A DNA stretch of 64,000 nt from NCBI GenBank assembly GCA_051530055.1, contig CM121342.1, positions 15,267,480 through 15,331,479 on the forward strand, written 5' to 3'. The DNA comes from Neoechinorhynchus agilis. Taxonomy: Eukaryota > Animalia > Acanthocephala. Positions within the stretch are counted from its first letter, which is position 1. Each line of letters starts with the position of its first letter. Made by a program: the position numbers and the translations under genes. The notes below the pieces were generated by a model that had not been told where the DNA came from, did no database searches, and worked only from the letters and a program-made list of their open reading frames with translations. This document shows positions 1 through 12,765 of the stretch, piece by piece.

Positions 1-1785
1 GGCGAAGAAGCCTAATAATTGCTTGAGCATTCTTGGATTCGACTTAATTGGAATCTCTTCCAAGGCTTTCAGTCGCGTTGGATCCGGACATAGGTAGCCA
101 TTGCATATCTCGTAACCAAGTACTTGAATCTTCTCTTGACAAAAAAGACACTTTTTCATGTTCAGCTTCAATTTCCGACTCGAGACGGCCTCCTCTAATC
201 GCCGCAAATTCCGGTCATGTTCGTCTCGTGTTCTACCATAAAACTATGACGTCATCCAAGTAAGCGTAAGTCTGTTTTAAGCCACCAGCATATATCATGT
301 TGTCCATAAACCTTTAAAATGCCGCTACAGCATTAGTCACGCCCATAGAAATCTTGGTGAATCGACATAACCGCCCATCCGCTTCAAAAGCGGTGTAATT
401 CCTCTCTGTCGGAAGTATGGGCACTTGATAGTATGCTTCCTTAAGATCGACACAGCTGTAGAATCTATTTTTGTCAACTTCGGTAGCTACATCGTTCAAC
501 CGCGAAAGAGGATAAGCGTCGAGATATGTGTAACGGTTGATCGTTTGCGAAAAATCGACAACAAACCGCTTTTTACCAATTCCTTTCCTGAATACGACCA
601 CTTGAGCACGCCACGGGGAAATAGCTGGTTCAATTGCACCTTCCTCCAGCATTCGTTTTATCTCGGATTGGATGAATAAACGATCTTCACTAGAGTATTT
701 TCTTGATTTAGTGACGATTGAGGTGCATTCCTCAGACAGGTTGTAAATAAGAGAGGGACATAAGGCGTATCGTTTATTGCGGAAAGTGACAACTCTAAGG
801 GGACATGCTCGCCGCGCGCTTTTAGCTTGATTTCGGAGTGCGATTTGACGAATGGCAACCCAAGAATCGCCTCAGTACATAATTGCTTTAGTATGTAAAA
901 CTCGACGGCCTCGTAAATCCGGCAACCAAATCGTATATCGAGCGAACATTTCCTATGCACTTCCTGATACGATTTCCCAGCGGCCAATGAGACAGTCAGT
1001 TTGACGGGTTCATAGCTTACCTTGAGTTTGTTCGCAATTTCGGAGTCCAGGAAATTCAGGACACTTTCAGTGACCATCGACACTACGACAGACCGGTCCA
1101 GTATCCTGATTGTCACTTTCATGTGAGAGCTGAGACGATTATCGCACGTGTTTGAAGCAAGGAATATAGCCGATGCGTTGCTTTTCGAGCGCGTTTTACG
1201 CATTCTGGCGAAGTGTCTGATTTTACGACACGAACGACACTCGGGCCCTGTGGCGAAACATTTCGCTCTAGGATGTCTAGGCCCTCCACAAAAGAAGCAA
1301 GAATTAGTTTTGTCGCTTTTGTGATATCGTTGGTAACTGCTTATCCTCTTCGTTCCGACCATGCCACACGCACTCACTTCCGGCCCAGTATCCTCGGAAC
1401 GCCCATGAGAGTGACCATCAATATCGTTCCAATCCTTCGATCGCTCTTCGCATTGTTTTGGCAATCTCGATGGCCCTTTCTAAGTTCAGTGATCCTTCCT
1501 AGAGTAGCCTCTGACGAATTGTATCAGAAAGTATTCCAGAAATAAACGAATCTCTTATGAAGTCTGCTTTTGCTTGCTTCGCGCTGACTGCCTTGAACTT
1601 ACAATCCTTTGCGAGTGTCCACAGGCTTTGAATGTATTGGTTCAAATCTTCGTGTACAGACTGTTTCCTGCGAGCGAGCAAGTGTCGCGACAAGACCTCA
1701 TTAGAGTTTTGGATGTAGAGACTATCGAGAGTCGCCATAGCATCATCGAACGTAACAGCTTCTTCGGTTAGTTCGTTAGCGAGCA
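1..1785 (-). mobile_element. Degenerate Ty3/gypsy LTR retrotransposon gag-pol fragment (gag, CCHC knuckle, decayed protease, RT), continuing off the window start
   Basis: Minus-strand ORFs: 1499-1785 gag-like (DFIRDSFISGILSDTIRQRLL); 658-1464 CFFCGGPRHPRAKC knuckle plus protease-like region; 314-652 gypsy RT (ISPWRAQVVV, RFVVDF, VDLKEAYYQV); YAYLDDVIV near 245-270. Broken by stops and frameshifts. Confidence 0.9.
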
Positions 1786-1789
1786 GGTC

Positions 1790-2150
1790 CCCATCAATGG
1801 TTGCAAACAATCGGTTTTGGACTCGCCACTGGTAGCGAGAATTCATAACTCTTGAAATTCAGATTCTCGTGACCTGGTTAACCGAACCCGATTGGCAACA
1901 GTCTCTACAAGACAATCGGGTGCTTCGCTCAATTCTATCCCGATCGCGTCTGGGGGTACCCTTCTCTCCAACGAGACAGTAAGGATTGCAGGGAACCTGA
2001 GACTTGGGGTATCAATGTGCACATCTAATCGCTACCGTTGCGGCGCTACCGTATAACAATCGATGCACCATGGTCTCGTTTGTCGGCAATCAGGCGGGAG
2101 TTACTCACGCCTTGGTGTCGAGATACTCGGGTCGTTTGGTACCGCGGTGC
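1790..2150 (+). mobile_element. Fragment of the CRE-like RLE retrotransposon abutting/inserted in the gypsy gag
   Basis: Reverse complement aligns by eye to 31540-31880 (e.g. GGTCACGAGAATCTGAA..GAGTT.TGAATTCTCGCTACCAG). Encodes LRLGVSMC...HGLVCRQSGG knuckle residues. Confidence 0.8.
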
Positions 2151-2285
2151 AACTTTCAAAACCACTCTCGAGAGAAACGTTGCACTGGATTTAAATAAAA
2201 ACCAGATTTTCTTGATTGCCGAAATGTTACTGTTAGTCGAAACAAAAACCTTCTTTTATGAGGCCAATCCTAATAAAAGCAAATT

Positions 2286-3760
2286 TTATGACAACTGCAC
2301 TCTAACGAAAAACTTGGCGAGCCACGGCGCAGGATTCCAGCAACTTGCCTTCCACAAGTCCCCGGCTATGTCATCTGGTCCAGCTGCTTTCTCCGATTTC
2401 ATCGCTTTTATGGCTCGTGTGACTTTATCTGTGCTAATTTCGTTTATGGGACCGAGGGCTTCAAGGAGGCAAGGGATTCGCGGGTGGGGGAACTCTTCGG
2501 TCGACGCGATTTGATAGTATTCTCGCCATCTTACCTCTCTCTCGTCGTCGACCTCTCTCTCTCCACCCTCCGGATCCGTCATCCACTCCGGATCCGTCAT
2601 CAACATCACGGGGACCCAGAGTTACATGGGTTCTCTTAAACAAAATAAATAAAACGTGTTGTTGCACTCCCTGGCGATCCGTAATCATTTTTCCGCTTGC
2701 GTCATTTATGCAGTATAACTTCTCAATGTTTTGGTTCTGCAGGTGTTGCAGTTTCACAAGTCGGTACACGTTTCGCTCGCAGTCCTTCTTTTCTAGTTTC
2801 ACATTTACCTCAGCATAGTGAATTGCCCTCCTAGCCTTTGATATCACTTTCTTTGCAAGTTTTCTCGCTTCGATGTAGTTTTCCCTGGTCTAGTGCCCGA
2901 GGAATGCGAGGAAGGGACGCTTCTTAGCTTGAACCATCGCTCTGACATTACCTGTCCACAACCAAACATTCCATTTTATATAGCGTCGTCCTGGTTTTGT
3001 TTCACAAGCAGTTCGCGGGCTACTGTGTGGATAGACTATTTGGCTTCGTTCCACACTTCGTCGGAGTTTGCTAGATCCGGTTGTTTAATTTTTGAAGTAA
3101 CATCTTCGACCCTTCCTCTAAAATGCCACCACTTTATTCGGTGCAACATTCGGTTGCCTCGGGGAATCGATTCTCAAGCTGGCGATAGCAGGACGATGTT
3201 GACTCGCGATCGTTTCATACGGTTCGGCCTTTGTGTCGTTGACAGTCGACATGTCTTTGCGTCGTACAAGAATGTAATCAATTTGTGACTTTTTGTGCCC
3301 CGCTATAGAATGTAGGGGGCTGTAAGGGCCGTTTTATGAACCAAGTATTGGTAATGATTGGCTTATATGAGTCCGCGAAATCGATGGTGCGCCAACCACA
3401 TTTGTTCCTTTGGCCGAATCCCTTTGCTCCGTAACATGGACTACCTTCAACACATTCTGCAATATGGCCGTTGAGATCTCCCGCTATAATTAGGTAGTCA
3501 TCAATTGGGACTTCTCGGCTACTTCTCTCAGTAGTTGCCGAAAATCGTCTTTTTCACTGCGTCCGGTTTGTGGAGTACAAGCCGAAATAACATGGACTGT
3601 CTTATGATACATAACAATGGACACTTTCATCAGTCTGTCGTCATATCGGTCAACTTGTTTGACATAATCTCGAAATTTCTCTGAGATTACGGTGCCTACT
3701 CCACTTCGAGTCCTAACAGATTCATTGTAGAAGACAATTTATAGCGAACCTGTCAACCCG
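2286..3760 (-). mobile_element. RTE-clade LINE fragment (APE endonuclease through start of RT), pseudogenised
   Basis: Minus strand encodes YLIIAGDLNGHI...YGAKGFGQRN (APE), RIKWWHL, and AIKAMKSEKAAGPDDIAGDLWK (pre-RT). Multiple stops and frameshifts. Confidence 0.85.
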
Positions 3761-3899
3761 AGGCTATTAGAAAAACCTAGAAACGAGAATAATCAAAAAC
3801 CTTTTTGGATGATTCAGAAGGCGAGGTTTTCTCGCAAAATATTTCAGAAGAATAAAATGATTTTTAACCGGGAGTACCTTCATCACAAGTCAAAATTTA

Positions 3900-4560
3900 A
3901 CACCCCGATAAATTCTCTCGATATGAGTCTAAAATGCATTTTATTATGTGGAACGTTGGTAATTCTTCGACGATAACAAAACGTAAAGTCAATAAGCGAA
4001 TATGTCGACGTCATGCGATCGACGCAAAAAATAAAACCGCACTTCCTTTCGGGCTCAATATCTCGGAGCATTTAAATAATTTGTTCGTCCCGACGAAGGA
4101 GCTTATCGTTCGGTGCAAGAAGCCGAACGGCACCGCGGGTATAACTGTTTGCAGAAGAGGTTCGAGGTTGGACTCACGAAACGCACAATGTCGTTTTAGT
4201 GAACCCGAGAAGTGCCCACTAGATTTCGCCAAGAGAGTCGTCATTAACTGCCTCAATCAAGTCTCCGAGTTTCTACGTTATCATAGATCCCGCTGATCAA
4301 GGAGCCATAACTTCATTGGCCGGTTTTGCTGCGGGTGGAATATTTTCAAGACACACCTCATTTATGGCAGGACGATTCCTCAAAAGTTGCTTCCCGGAGC
4401 CGGAACATGTGGATTCTCGGTCATGGAGTCGAATGAAGCCCGATTCGACTGGTGCAAGCAACATGGGAGCGACGGTTGCTGCCGCTATGCTTTCATCGAT
4501 TTTCTTTTTTTCCCATGTTCCCCTTCGCATTGTGTGATCTGTTGTCGCCTTGAAATTCAC
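3900..4560 (-). mobile_element. Divergent CRE-like retrotransposon N-terminal fragment
   Basis: IRLHDRESTCSGSG and RGAVRLLAPNDKLL resemble VLRVHGPRNSRCGDSG and GGTVRLLSSMDSL of the element at 31-34 kb. Confidence 0.5.
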
Positions 4561-4716
4561 CATTTTAACGAGTATCGCGTAAAAAATTCGTAGTATGTTT
4601 ACGTAAGCAAAGTTGGGCATTAAATGTATTTTCGATAGGTTTATGCTGAGCGTTATGAGGTAACCAAAGTTTCTTTGTTGCAACGGACACTAAACCTGAG
4701 AATACATGGACTTCTC

Positions 4717-5539
4717 GTGCTGTCACTACTTCTCTTTAATATTTTCCTAAACGAACTTAAACCTCTCTCCTCTCGCCCAGACCAAAACAGTAATGTGCTC
4801 AATAATCAACATCAGCATTCCTTGAACAACTCTGAACTCGGGTGCTTATGAGGACCAAAGGTACATTGACCCTATTCATTGTATTTTAACAAAAAGTGTC
4901 ATTATTGGAACGCCAAGGTTTTGAACTCTGTTATAAAAAACAGGTTATATTAAGCTTGTCAATACACAGTGTCGGGAAAGCCGAAGCATCTAAGCTTGAA
5001 AGCGAAGGAAGATGGGTTGGTGAAGCCATAAAAAGCTTTCTCAGTACGTAGAGAAGCTTATGGTGGTGCCAAGGTATTGAACAATGAGAATTGCTGCGAT
5101 TGATGTTCTGCAGTTTCCGTGTAATATATTGCTCACAAACATGACAACAATCCCAATCATTTGGCTGATGTAATATTTTTGGCCTACTGATCAGTAAGAT
5201 AGTCCAGCAGCTCATTCAAATAGCGTAAACGTTTATTCGGTCTATTTGTTGAATTTGTCCTAATTATTGTTTCGGCTTTCCCGACACTGTGTATTGACAA
5301 GCTTAATATTACCTGTTTTTTATAACCAATTTCAAAACCTTGGCGTTCCAATAATGACACTTTTTCTTAAAATACAATGAATAGGGTCAATGTCCCTTTG
5401 GTCCTCATAAGCACCCGAGTTCAGAGTTGTTCAAGGAATGCGGATGTTGATTATTCAGCACATTACGGTTTTGGTCTGGGCGAGAGGAGAGAGGTTAAAG
5501 TTCGTTTAGGAAAATATTAAAGAGAAGTAGTGACAACAC
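4717..5539. repeat. Inverted repeat, ~270-bp arms (4717-4985 / 5271-5539), ~285-bp spacer; arms contain a LINE-like 3' end
   Basis: Arms are reverse complements with few mismatches. The arm sequence recurs at 23320-23405 and 25165-25230. Confidence 0.9.
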
Positions 5540-6384
5540 AGCACCTTGAGGTAGCTTTTGGTGAGCGATAGGACGATAGAGGAGGCAGAACGGCAGTGCC
5601 ACGTGAACGAATTTTGGAAGAAAGGAAGCTTTTGCGGGTAACAAATATTTTGAGAGTTAGTCCATTTTGTAAACGAGGAAAGTCAGGGGATTTATCGCGA
5701 TGGGCCTCAGATGCTTTATTTTAAAGGAGTTTCAAAAATTTCGTTTTCTCCAAAATTCGCTTTCCAATGCAAATATAGATGTAAACCTATCGGTATGACC
5801 TTCTGATAAGCACGCTTTTTAGTGACCAATTTGCATGCCGATATTTCGCGCATGTGCCAGTAATGCAGATTTACAACCAATTAAGAACCGCTGTGAATTT
5901 TCCCGGCAAGGCAAATTGTGGACGACTTGAACGTTCCGGCATTACGCTAGAAAGTAATGATGTTAATATGTTAAATTATTTGGTTAAAAATATTTTTGGA
6001 TGAGATTCATTTCGATGACAAAATGCTGTCTTTTGCCCTTTAAAAGGTCGCTGTTTCAATACTTAAATTCTGTAGACGCAAAGTGTACGAAAATGAAAGT
6101 CGATGTTTTAAATCCATTTTGATCTATTTGTTGGTTAATTCCACGGAGGAGAATCGCGAAGAAACAGTAATGATGGCAGAGCAACGATAAGGATGCGAAA
6201 CGAATCTGAATCTTAAAAATCTCACCGAGTTTACGACCATTGTCGAAATCCTATAAAATATGTTTTATCCGAGCGACGTTTGAAAGTATTGTTCGAACGC
6301 TGAAATCGATCAATGGTTTGTTCTAGACAGAGCAAAATGACACCAGAAGTAACAATTAAAATCTTAAAGTCAACGTTTTTGTTT

Positions 6385-6732
6385 TTATAAATCAACGGTG
6401 TTTGGTTGATTGTCTTCGTTGTCTGTCGATCCGGTTTCGCAAAGAAGACTACTAATTTCCGACATAGGACTTGACTGAGATGTTTTCATCGCAAGAAACG
6501 ACATTCTCCATTTAATATAACTTTGTTGCATTTGACTCTGAAGATATGCAGGATGCTGCTCCGTTCCATACATTACGTCCTTAGCGCTGACTTTCCTAAG
6601 GACGTTCTCCTTTATTTCTTGGTACATTGCGTTTTTCGCTTCCTGTTTAAGAAACTCGTTTGTATGCATCAAAAATATATCCAATTGATTGAGTTTGATT
6701 TTGTCATTAATGCCTATATCCTTTTTGGACAT
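6385..6732 (-). CDS. Uncharacterised ORF in left arm (mirror copy 18469-18811 is frameshifted)
   Basis: 115-codon ORF with protein-like composition in AT-rich DNA; no recognisable domain. Confidence 0.3.
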   Translation of the reverse strand: MSKKDIGINDKIKLNQLDIFLMHTNEFLKQEAKNAMYQEIKENVLRKVSAKDVMYGTEQHPAYLQSQMQQSYIKWRMSFLAMKTSQSSPMSEISSLLCETGSTDNEDNQPNTVDL

Positions 6733-7176
6733 CTTTAAAGAATCATGAATTATCGATTTGATTCGTGATTTCTAAGTAAAATGTCTTGCACGTCGGCAAT
6801 GATTGTATCGCATAAATATAATAAATGATAAAACCTCCTTTGGGTTCTTGTTGTATTCGGATTACGTTGTTATGAATAACTAATCAATATGCACTAATCA
6901 ATAACTGTATCTGATGGATCAGTCCAAAACGATAACTGCTACTAATAACATTTAGCGAGTATTGAAGAATTCTAAGATGTTTAAGAACAAAGAACGAAGC
7001 TTCTGAAACTGCTAGAATCACATGTAAGATTCGCGATTTTATTCAGGTGTCGTCTATAGATCAATCTCTCCTCCATCTCTATTCGTTCATTTATAGCCGA
7101 TAGCAGTACTCAAGAACCGAAATTTTAATTCTGTTTGTTGCCGAAAATATGCAGCTTCCCAATTCGAGAATTTTTT

Positions 7177-7341
7177 ATGGTACAAATGCATTTAATTTGG
7201 GTAGCTCTAAGTTTTGTTGTCGCCGCCTTAGCGAAACACAAAACATCAACAAAGTGTTCAATCGTATCGGAAATATCGTTTTTGGGAAACATTTCAGATG
7301 GTGAGGTAAACCGCGATTCTAAAAACTCAAAAGCGAATTAA
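7177..7341 (+). CDS. Possible small secreted protein, first exon (mirror copy within 17863-18069, minus strand)
   Basis: MVQMHLIWVALSFVVAALAKH looks like a signal peptide; GTGAG/GTAAAC donors near 7300 suggest splicing. Confidence 0.35.
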   Translation: MVQMHLIWVALSFVVAALAKHKTSTKCSIVSEISFLGNISDGEVNRDSKNSKAN

Positions 7342-8704
7342 GTGAAAAGAAATTGGAAGATTTCATTAAATCGTTTAAAGTGGACTGTAAATACAGAAAA
7401 ACTTCTATAATTAGCATACACCATTAGAATCTATAACCTCCACACATCATTAAATATCGACATTTTGATCAAATAAATCATCCGTTGGATAACTTTACCC
7501 CCTTAAATTATCATGGTTATATGAAGGATAGAAAATGCAAACTTTTATGGGTGCCAAAACAATGTTTTCTGTGATTTTTCGTGCAATTGTTTATTTTACG
7601 TACCCACCGAAGATCATCGAATTCTACTTCTTTAAGACAGAAGATTGCTATTAAGTGATGGACGTTTTAAAAGCGTCGTATGATTTATAAACGCTTCTCT
7701 ATTGTTAAACCTCACATATATCTTTTGTTCTCATAAATAGAGACAGCAATTCAACGTACAAGACAATTTATTATCGAAGCTTTAAAATATCTGAAACTCT
7801 TGCTTTATAAAATTTCGTTCACAACAGTGGGAATGTGATTTTTCAAATTTCTCCATTATACTATTGATCATAAACAAATTAAAATTGAACAAAATACCCA
7901 ATTATATTTCTGTAATCATCTTTTACGGAATAATCGATTCGTCAAAGTAAATTTAAGCGTGGAGTTACAAAGTATTTCACAAAATTTCAACACATATCAT
8001 GAAGTACAAGATTCTTGACGTATTTATCATTTTCTATTTTATAGATTGGCAATTTTGAACATGGCACAAAAGTAATTATTTTGACAGATAGACGTTTTTC
8101 TTGTAGTACTGAAATTTTATATAGCGCAAATGCTATCAATGAACTTAACCGAGGTTATTGTCCTCATGGACGTAATATTACAGAAAACGATTTTAATATC
8201 AAATGGTTAAAAAATGTTATATTAACGAAATCTCCTTTGTGGCATTTGCCATTTCGGCGCTCTAAATTATTCGTCGAATCAATGTAAAACTGTACAGATG
8301 ATCAACCTCCTTTTCAACTATTTTGTATAAGATTTTGTTCATAATCTTAGAATTAAATCCATATTCAAAATAAAGTAGCGATTTTTAAAATCAAAATGAT
8401 CAAGCTATTAAAAAGCTAATAAGCATATGTAGGGATTTAAAATAAGAAAGCCCGGATTATTAATTTAATTAGGTAATCGCAAAGATTTTACATCTAACTT
8501 TAATCGTCGTTTCAATGGTGTCCAAAGCCGTAGCACGCTTTTAATCATAACGATACGGACATATATTTTATAGTCGGTATATCGAGCGAAATCGATTAGT
8601 TCAAAGAAACTATCGTCCCCGAATCATTACCATATTGTATTGGTAGCGTTAATTCGACATTTGAATAACACCTATAAGACTCAACAGTTTATTGGCAAGG
8701 AATA

Positions 8705-9370
8705 ATGGTATTCGTATACTGTTTTATAATCTCTTTAGCCATTACTGGCATCATCGAAACTCGCGTTTATCAATCCATTGCTAGAAGAGATGGCATGCAG
8801 TACCTTTTTAACGCTGTAACGTCTAAGTGCGATTCCGATCTGAGATTATGTCAGGACGATCAATCGAAATTGCATGATGATTTGTATATTATGACGGTAA
8901 TAGAGGAACCAAAAAGCCAGCCAACGAAATTCGTATTCAGAAGTAATAAAGCTGAACTCGGATCACATTCAAGTATCCATCGTCCGGACGAGCAGAACAA
9001 TCAAAATCGACCACTTCAGCAAAATATGCGAAGGCGAGAGGCACTAACACATACAATTCGTCCAATCGCTTACGGATCATCTTCTCAACTTCCAATCTTT
9101 CTAAAACCAATGTTTATTAACTTTCATTTAAATCAAGCTTGCTATCCTGTGCCTAAACCAGCTCAGCAACTTTTGAGCGGAAAACCTGTAGAAACTGAAA
9201 ATGCTCATATTAATGACGAGAAAGCGACGAAATTAGATAACTATTCGTCGGCATTAAATATCAGAAAGGAAATCAAAACCGGAAATATTTGCAACGACGT
9301 TCAACTTTATCTTGAAAAGTTTCTGGAATTGTTGAAGGTAATGGCGAATTATTGCTCATTTCTTCATTAA
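8705..9370 (+). CDS. Secreted protein C, 221 aa, unknown family
   Basis: Intact ORF with hydrophobic N-terminus MVFVYCFIISLAITG; duplicated in the right arm. Confidence 0.7.
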   Translation: MVFVYCFIISLAITGIIETRVYQSIARRDGMQYLFNAVTSKCDSDLRLCQDDQSKLHDDLYIMTVIEEPKSQPTKFVFRSNKAELGSHSSIHRPDEQNNQNRPLQQNMRRREALTHTIRPIAYGSSSQLPIFLKPMFINFHLNQACYPVPKPAQQLLSGKPVETENAHINDEKATKLDNYSSALNIRKEIKTGNICNDVQLYLEKFLELLKVMANYCSFLH

Positions 9371-10245
9371 AACAGAAAAATTTAGAACGATCTTGATAAA
9401 AGCGGAACAAATGAGTCTAATCCGCTTCCCCTGGAACAAGAGACATCGCAATAGATGATGCTGTCGAATTTTAATAGATAACAAAAAAATTATTATGCAT
9501 TTATTTGATTTGGGGGCTTTTAAAATTTATATTTCTTAAAATTATATATATTTTTCTCATCGAAATGGAGGATAGATTTCACTGTAAGGAAAATTTGCTT
9601 ACCGCGAATTTATTTTCGAGCGCACTTTACAGTTCGCTGGATATTTTACGACGTAGCTAAAAGTGAAATTTCGAAAAGACAATCCATCGAGTTTCTCATC
9701 CTGGCGAATTGACCAGTTTATATAATCCCGATGTATATTTCTGAGTTTTCTAATGAAATTTTATGGATTTTGAGCCGCTTACAATTAAACGGGAAAAACA
9801 GGAAATAGACAAATTTTATAAGTTCACTATTGGGCAATGGCTAATAATGGAATTTCGATCTCAAAGTATTTTAATTTCCTTAAATATTAAATAGCTAAAC
9901 TTTTTGTTTTTCGAATTTTAACCCTAACATTATTTATCTGAGAATTCTAATAAAAAACTGATTTCGAAACATTCAGAGTATTCGTAGTGAAAGCTTTTTG
10001 CTAACCACATAGCTGCTTTGTTCCAAAAAAATTGAGGATTCCGTTTTTCACGTAAACAATCAATTTTTCTATAACACGGTCAAAAACAATCATTATTTTG
10101 TTTGTCTTTGTAAGCCAAGGCTCAAATATTTGTTGTTTGCAAATGCGTGAAACTATGAAGGCTTATACCGTGTCGAAATAACTCGTTCATAGTCTATCTA
10201 AGACATCAGATATTCCTTCATCAATTGTTACTCATCTGTTCAAAA

Positions 10246-12765
10246 ATGCATCTTGTTCTTCGTGCTATTCTCCTTGTTTTCACCGTTTTCCACCTTACGA
10301 ACGCCGAAGAGCCTCAGCAGGATAAAGCCGGCCCTGTTGAAAGCGATTTCATTAATATTCATTTAAATAACACGGACGGAAATGATAAAAATCCTGACAG
10401 AATAATCCAGCCAACTGAGCAATATCATCCGTACAATCATCTTGGCATCTTCCTTCCGACTGGTAATTTAGTTGAACGGGATGAAGGCAAGAACAAGAGT
10501 AAAGAAATCAATCATAGTTTGATGCAGATAAATAGCTTAAATTGTGATGAACTGAATTACAATGACATCGATTTATCTGTAGGGGACGGCAACGACACCT
10601 ATTTGGATTCAAAGTATTTTGGTAACGGGGATAGTGACCTTAAGTACGGTGGGATTGCGAACCATGAAGATACAAAGCAGCAACTGAATTTTGTGCATGA
10701 CGGTTCGCATGAAAATTATGTTCATCTGGACGGAGAAAATGACCAGCCAATTGTTCAAGATTATAAAAAACCGATATTGCATAAGCTCTGCGTTCCATAT
10801 ATGCCGAACCAATATATTCCACCGCAGCAGTCTTCTTCTAACGACCAATGTGAAAGTCTTTTACGGAATTTCAATGGAAATGAACACGTTCCGCTCTATG
10901 GGCTGGAATTAAATCAAGCGTACCCTATTATGGCTCCTGTAGGAAATCCGACGAGCCAAAACCTTCAATTGCCTACACCTGTTCAACAAGATTACCAATA
11001 CCAACAGCCCTTTCAATCATATGTTCCATCAAGTCAATCGCCCATGGGCAAAAGTGGGTACCAACAGGCCAATAGTCAACCAGAACAGCTCCCGGCTAAA
11101 GAATATGGCCAATACCATTACCCTATCCAATCGAACATTGATACAAGTCAATCGACCATTGGCAAAAGTGGATACCAACAATCCAATAATCAACCAGAAC
11201 AGCTCCAGGCTGAAGAATATGGTCAATACCAGTACCCTGTACAATCGAACACTGATACAAGTCAATCAACCATGGGCGAAAGTGGATACCAGCAGGTCAA
11301 TAGTCAACCAGAACATCTGCCGGTTGTAGAATATGACCAATACCAGTACCCTGTTCAATCGAACATTGATATAAGTCAAACGGCTATGGGCAAAAGTGGA
11401 TACCAACCGGCCAATAATCAGCCAGGGCAGCTCCCGGCTTATGAATATGGTCAGTACCAGTACCCTGTCCAATCAAACATTGATACAAGTCAATCTGCCA
11501 TGGGCAAAAGTGGATCGGCTCTAGAATATGGCCGATACCAGTACCCTGTCCAATCGAACATTGATACAAGTCAATCTTCAATGGGCATAAACGGATACCA
11601 TCCGGCCAATAATCAGCAAGAGCATCGCCTGGCTGAGGAATACGGTCAACATCAGTACCTAGCCCAATCGAACATTGATACAAGTCAATCTTCAGTGGAC
11701 AAAAGTGGATACCATCCGGGCAATAATCAGCCAGAGCAGCTCCCGGCTTATGAATATGGCCAGTACCAGTACCCTGTCCAATCAAACATTGATACAAGTC
11801 AATCTGCCATGGGCAAAAGTGGATCGGCTCTAGAATATGGCCGATACCAGTACCCTGTCCAATCGAACATTGATACAAGTCAATCTTCAATGGGCATAAA
11901 CGGATACCATCCGGCCAATAATCAGCAAGAGCATCGCCTGGCTGAGGAATACGGTCAACATCAGTACCTAGCCCAACCAAACATTGATACAAGTCAATCT
12001 TCAATGGGCAAAAGTGGATACCATCCGGGCAATAATCAGCCAGAGCAGCGCATAAGCTCGAGCTTACAAGACAACTCAAGAACTAAGTATGGAGGGAATG
12101 TTCAACAGTCTAGAAAGCCAAATCCTCCACCGAAGAAAATTGCAAATGATTTAAGTCAAAATCAGCAGCGATTGAACAGAGTAAGTGGCAAGTTGCGAAG
12201 GCCTCCTTCGCCTTACGGCCTTCATAAGCACCCATATCAGTCAATGAGTTCTGTTACGAGAACTCAGCCAAAGTTTGATTGTACCTTGGGCAACATTTTT
12301 GAACCCCCACGAATAATGCCAACGAAAGTTATACGGCTGAGACCAGTGGGTTCTAAGAATGTAGGAAGTGTATCAAGGCAGCGGCGTTTACCTGTCTCAA
12401 ATCAACCTGTTACTGCTAAACTCGACGACCATTCAACAATCATGCCAATCAAAGCTAATCGAAGTTCGGATTTGGCATCAAGACCAACGCATATGTTAAA
12501 GAAGATTTCTAATCGCTTATCGAACCTTTCTGAGAAACTTAAGGTAAATGTCGATTTAGATTTTTAGCTTTTAACCCAAATATCTGTAATTTAGCTTAGT
12601 CTAAGTGCGCCCAATAAAACTGACACTCAATTCTCCTCAAGCCAATTTCCCACAAAAGAAGCTAAGAATTACTCGATTGCCAAAATTGATCGTGTTATTC
12701 CAGGCGAAGAGTATGTGTTCGAATCAAATGAAGACTACATTAGGGAAGAAGACGAACTTTATTAG
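10246..12765 (+). CDS. Secreted Gln/Tyr/Ser/Pro-rich repeat protein A (~822 aa); exons 10246-12543, 12595-12765
   Basis: Signal peptide MHLVLRAILLVFTVFHLTNA; 51-bp GT-AG phase-0 intron; last exon LSLSAPNK...DYIREEDELY* matches paralogue B. Confidence 0.85.
11030..12050 (+). repeat. Coding tandem repeat: nine 114-bp (38 aa) or 81-bp (27 aa) units with a 309-bp higher-order duplication
   Basis: Unit EYGQYQYPVQSNIDTSQS.MGKSGY....NQPEQLPA; GGATCGGCTCTAGAATATGG at 11512 and 11821. Confidence 0.95.

Noticed and set aside
1786-1846. N-terminus of ORF 1499-1846 as part of gag
   Set aside because: It is the antisense of the adjacent CRE-like fragment.
11384-12079. 231-aa Cys-rich repeat ORF on the minus strand
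   Set aside because: Antisense shadow of the protein A repeat.
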